Positions 61,562 through 64,000 of a stretch of 64,000 nucleotides of DNA are shown here, in pieces (within the stretch, counting starts at the first letter, position 1; the number at the start of each line of letters is the position of its first letter). The stretch is taken from positions 6,208,001 through 6,272,000 of the forward strand of contig OZ240241.1 in the NCBI GenBank assembly GCA_965198115.1, written 5' to 3'. This DNA is from Candidatus Latescibacterota bacterium. Lineage in GTDB: Bacteria; Latescibacterota; UBA2968. Both the position numbers and the translations under genes were made by a program. The notes beneath the pieces were generated by a model, which made no database searches, was not told the origin of the DNA, and saw nothing but the letters and a program-made list of their open reading frames with translations.

Positions 61562-61799
61562 AGCGAGAGCGAACGGTGAAGCCACCAAACCAGCGGTGGA
61601 AATAGCCATCGAATTGGGCAGAACGAGGCTTTCCATCGATCAGCTGCTGAGATTGACCGAAGGCTCGATGATCGAGTTGGGTGTTCGGTCGGGCGAGCCG
61701 GCGATGGTGACGATCGAGCGGGAGGTCTTTGCCGAAGGGGAGGTTGTTGCGTCAGGGGAGCATTTCGGGGTGAGGATTACGAAGGTGGTGAATGCGTAG
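61554..61799 (+). CDS. fliN: Second FliN/SPOA-domain protein
   Basis: RBS GGAGGAG; IELGRTRLSIDQLLRLTEGSMIEL...EGEVVASGEHFGVRIT. Confidence 0.85.
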   Translation: MAEARANGEATKPAVEIAIELGRTRLSIDQLLRLTEGSMIELGVRSGEPAMVTIEREVFAEGEVVASGEHFGVRITKVVNA

Positions 61800-61908
61800 A
61801 GCCGGAGGACAGTGGACAGAAGACAGGCTATCGTGTTCGCCCGCCACAGGTTAGTCGCAGATCTTTAGTCTGCGTCCCTCGAGCGGGCAAACCTGGAGGA
61901 GAGGCAAC

Positions 61909-63626
61909 GTGGCTGAAGATAAATCGGCCGGTGATCGGCTTTCAGCGGATCGAGTACACATTCTGGAGAATCTGCACTCGAATCTGGCGCGGATGCTGGC
62001 GTCGTCGTTTTCGACGATGCAGCGGTCAGTGGTGGACTGCGACATCAAGTTTGTCGATCAGACGACTTACGGGGAGTTTATTGCCTCCCTTTCCAATCCA
62101 TCGTGCTCTTACACCTTTACGATCAATCCTCTCGGGGGAACGGCTATTCTGGATTTCGCCCTGCCGGTGGCGTATGCGTTCATCGACCGTCATTACGGGG
62201 GAGCGGGTAGCAACCCCCCATCGCACGCTCGTCCGCTGACTCGTTTGGAGCGGACCGTCACCAACAAGGTGTTGCGGAATTCGCTCGCGGATCTGGAGAT
62301 GACCTGGGAAGCGTTGCTCAAGATTCGGGTGAGTGATGCGGAACTGGAGACGAATCCAGAATTCATGCAGGTAGCCGATCCGGCTGCGACCGTCCTTCTG
62401 ATTGCGTTTGAAGTCCACTCTCAGCACGCCTCGGGCCTTGTACAACTATGCTATCCATTCGATACGCTTGCGCCGGCGATGAAGTATTTGACGCTCGGCA
62501 ATGCGCCATCGTCACACCGCGAGACTTCGGCTTCGACGGACTTTGAAACAGAATCGACTGCGAACGCACCGGTCATTCCAACGGAGGCATCCATTGAACA
62601 GATCGCGGCCGATCGGCCCGGCATCATAGCGGGGGTCGTGGAAGCGCTTCTTGCGCGTACCGACAACGGATCTGAGGATGCTAAAGCGCCGTGGAAGGCA
62701 GCCGTGTTGATAGCGTGTCTGCCGAGGAACGATTCTAAAAGGGTGATCCGACAATGTTCGAGTGAGGCGACGGAGAAACTCGAGAAAGCCGTAGAGGAGC
62801 TTCAAGCGGTAACCGCCGCGGATCGAGATGAGGTCTTTGGGAACGCAAAAGAACGTCTGGCGAGCGGCGACTACATCATTCCAGGGGCCGCGGAATCAGC
62901 GCAGCTCGCGATGCGAGAAACGAACGCAAGGTCCAGCGGGTTTTGGATGCTTCGCAACGTGGATCCTGCCCAGATCGTCCCATTCATTGTCAAAGAGCAT
63001 CCACAGACGATCGCGCTGATCCTTTCGCAGGTGGACGCCTCTCAGTCGGCTGGGGTGCTGAACGGCCTGCCTGGTCCCCTTCAGGCGGACGTTTCGTTTA
63101 GAATAGCACAGATGGAAACCATATCGCCCCAGACACTTCGGGAGTTGGAAGATGATTTAGCAAGCGATCTCCAGTCGATTCTCTCGGGTCAGATTACGGA
63201 GATCGGCGGGCCCAAGGCCGTGGCGGCAATCCTCAATCGGACGGGGCGATCGACGGAGAAGGATGTGCTCGAGCGGCTTGATAAGCAGGATCCCGAGCTT
63301 GCTGAGGATGTGCGCAATCAAATGTTCGTCTTCGACGACATCGCGAAGCTGACGGATCGGGAGATCCAGGTTATTCTGAGGAAGTGGATTCCAAAGAACT
63401 GGCTGTCTCTCTGAAGGGCGCCAGCGAGGAACTGAAAGAGCGCGTCTTCGCCAACCTCAGCGATGAGGTGGGTGCGAAGATTAAGGAAGAGATGGAATTC
63501 TCCGGGCCAATCAGGATGAGCGATTTGGAGGAAGTGCAGTTGCGGATCGTGCAAACGGTGAGGCAGTTGGAAAAGGATGGTCATCTGAAGATCGTGCGGG
63601 GCGATTCGAACGATCGGTTTGTCTGA
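61909..63626 (+). CDS. FliM(middle) - FliF-C-like peptide - FliG fusion, one frameshift ~63380
   Basis: LENLHSNLAR, YGGAG, ETNPEF, LCYP; IEQIAADRPGIIAGVVEALL; KAAVLI, KEHPQTIALILS, IGG, MFVFDD, GPIRMSDLEEVQ; the FliM-FliG junction is a continuous ORF. Confidence 0.85.
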
Positions 63627-63779
63627 AGAACCGAGCAGGCGAGCCCTTCAGTACGTCCGATTCGCGGACTACTCAGGACAGGCAGGAGAGCGGGCGTGGC
63701 CATTGGCTGCGCCCATACTTTTTTCAAGAACCGGCTGCTCATTTCAGATTCCCCCTCAACATCTTGCGAGGATCCCGCT

Positions 63780-64000
63780 GTGCCGAGTTCTCGGGGAGTA
63801 GTTCTCCGGTTTTCCTTCCTTTTGATCCTGGTTGGATGTCAGCCAGGCGTCGAAACGCTTCTTGGCGAAACCTACGATCAGTTCGTCGGGAGAGATGCGC
63901 CTCCTGTCGTGGGTCTGAGATACGCCACGCATCGGTTCATTCAGACCGATGCGGAAGTGCCATTCGAAGAGACCGGCGAGTTTCTCGAGTGGGTGAGTTT
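63780..64000 (+). CDS. Putative lipoprotein, partial
   Basis: GAGGA RBS, GTG start, MPSSRGVVLRFSFLLILVG-C lipobox; frame open to the window end. Confidence 0.55.
   Translation, partial: MPSSRGVVLRFSFLLILVGCQPGVETLLGETYDQFVGRDAPPVVGLRYATHRFIQTDAEVPFEETGEFLEWVS

Noticed and set aside
1-64000. CRISPR array, tRNA or rRNA genes
   Set aside because: No regularly spaced repeat-spacer array, cloverleaf or rRNA-like sequence recognised; GGAAGATCG at 43111 resembles a selC start but does not continue as a tRNA

Overview
GC-rich bacterial window rich in catabolic genes and mobile DNA. The gene mix (many Gfo/Idh/MocA oxidoreductases, TIM-barrel glycoside hydrolase-like proteins, M81 peptidase, hydantoinases) resembles Latescibacterota/Poribacteria-type genomes, but that taxonomy is inference only. 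Mobile DNA comprises IS1595, two IS256, four IS630 of two types, a tandem ISL3 pair, a 752-bp non-coding TGT...ACA element and a 166-bp MITE, several nested inside genes with reconstructable target duplications. A ZMP/ZTP riboswitch precedes an AICAR-transformylase-only purH. An AhpC/TSA-DsbD-N gene has an in-frame TGA in a UxxC motif followed by a SECIS-like hairpin (probable selenoprotein). The most unusual locus (58.4-63.6 kb) is a stand-alone cluster of flagellar switch homologues: FliM, FliN, a predicted FGE/SUMF1-FliG fusion, FliN and a FliM-FliG fusion. Both FliG fusions carry a FliF-C-terminus-like peptide in cis; one lacks the torque domain and the other has a charge reversal at the key torque arginine, suggesting a repurposed C-ring-like complex. 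Many single-copy genes have frameshifts or in-frame stops, which may be assembly errors or genome decay. All family assignments are from motif recognition by eye; no searches were run.
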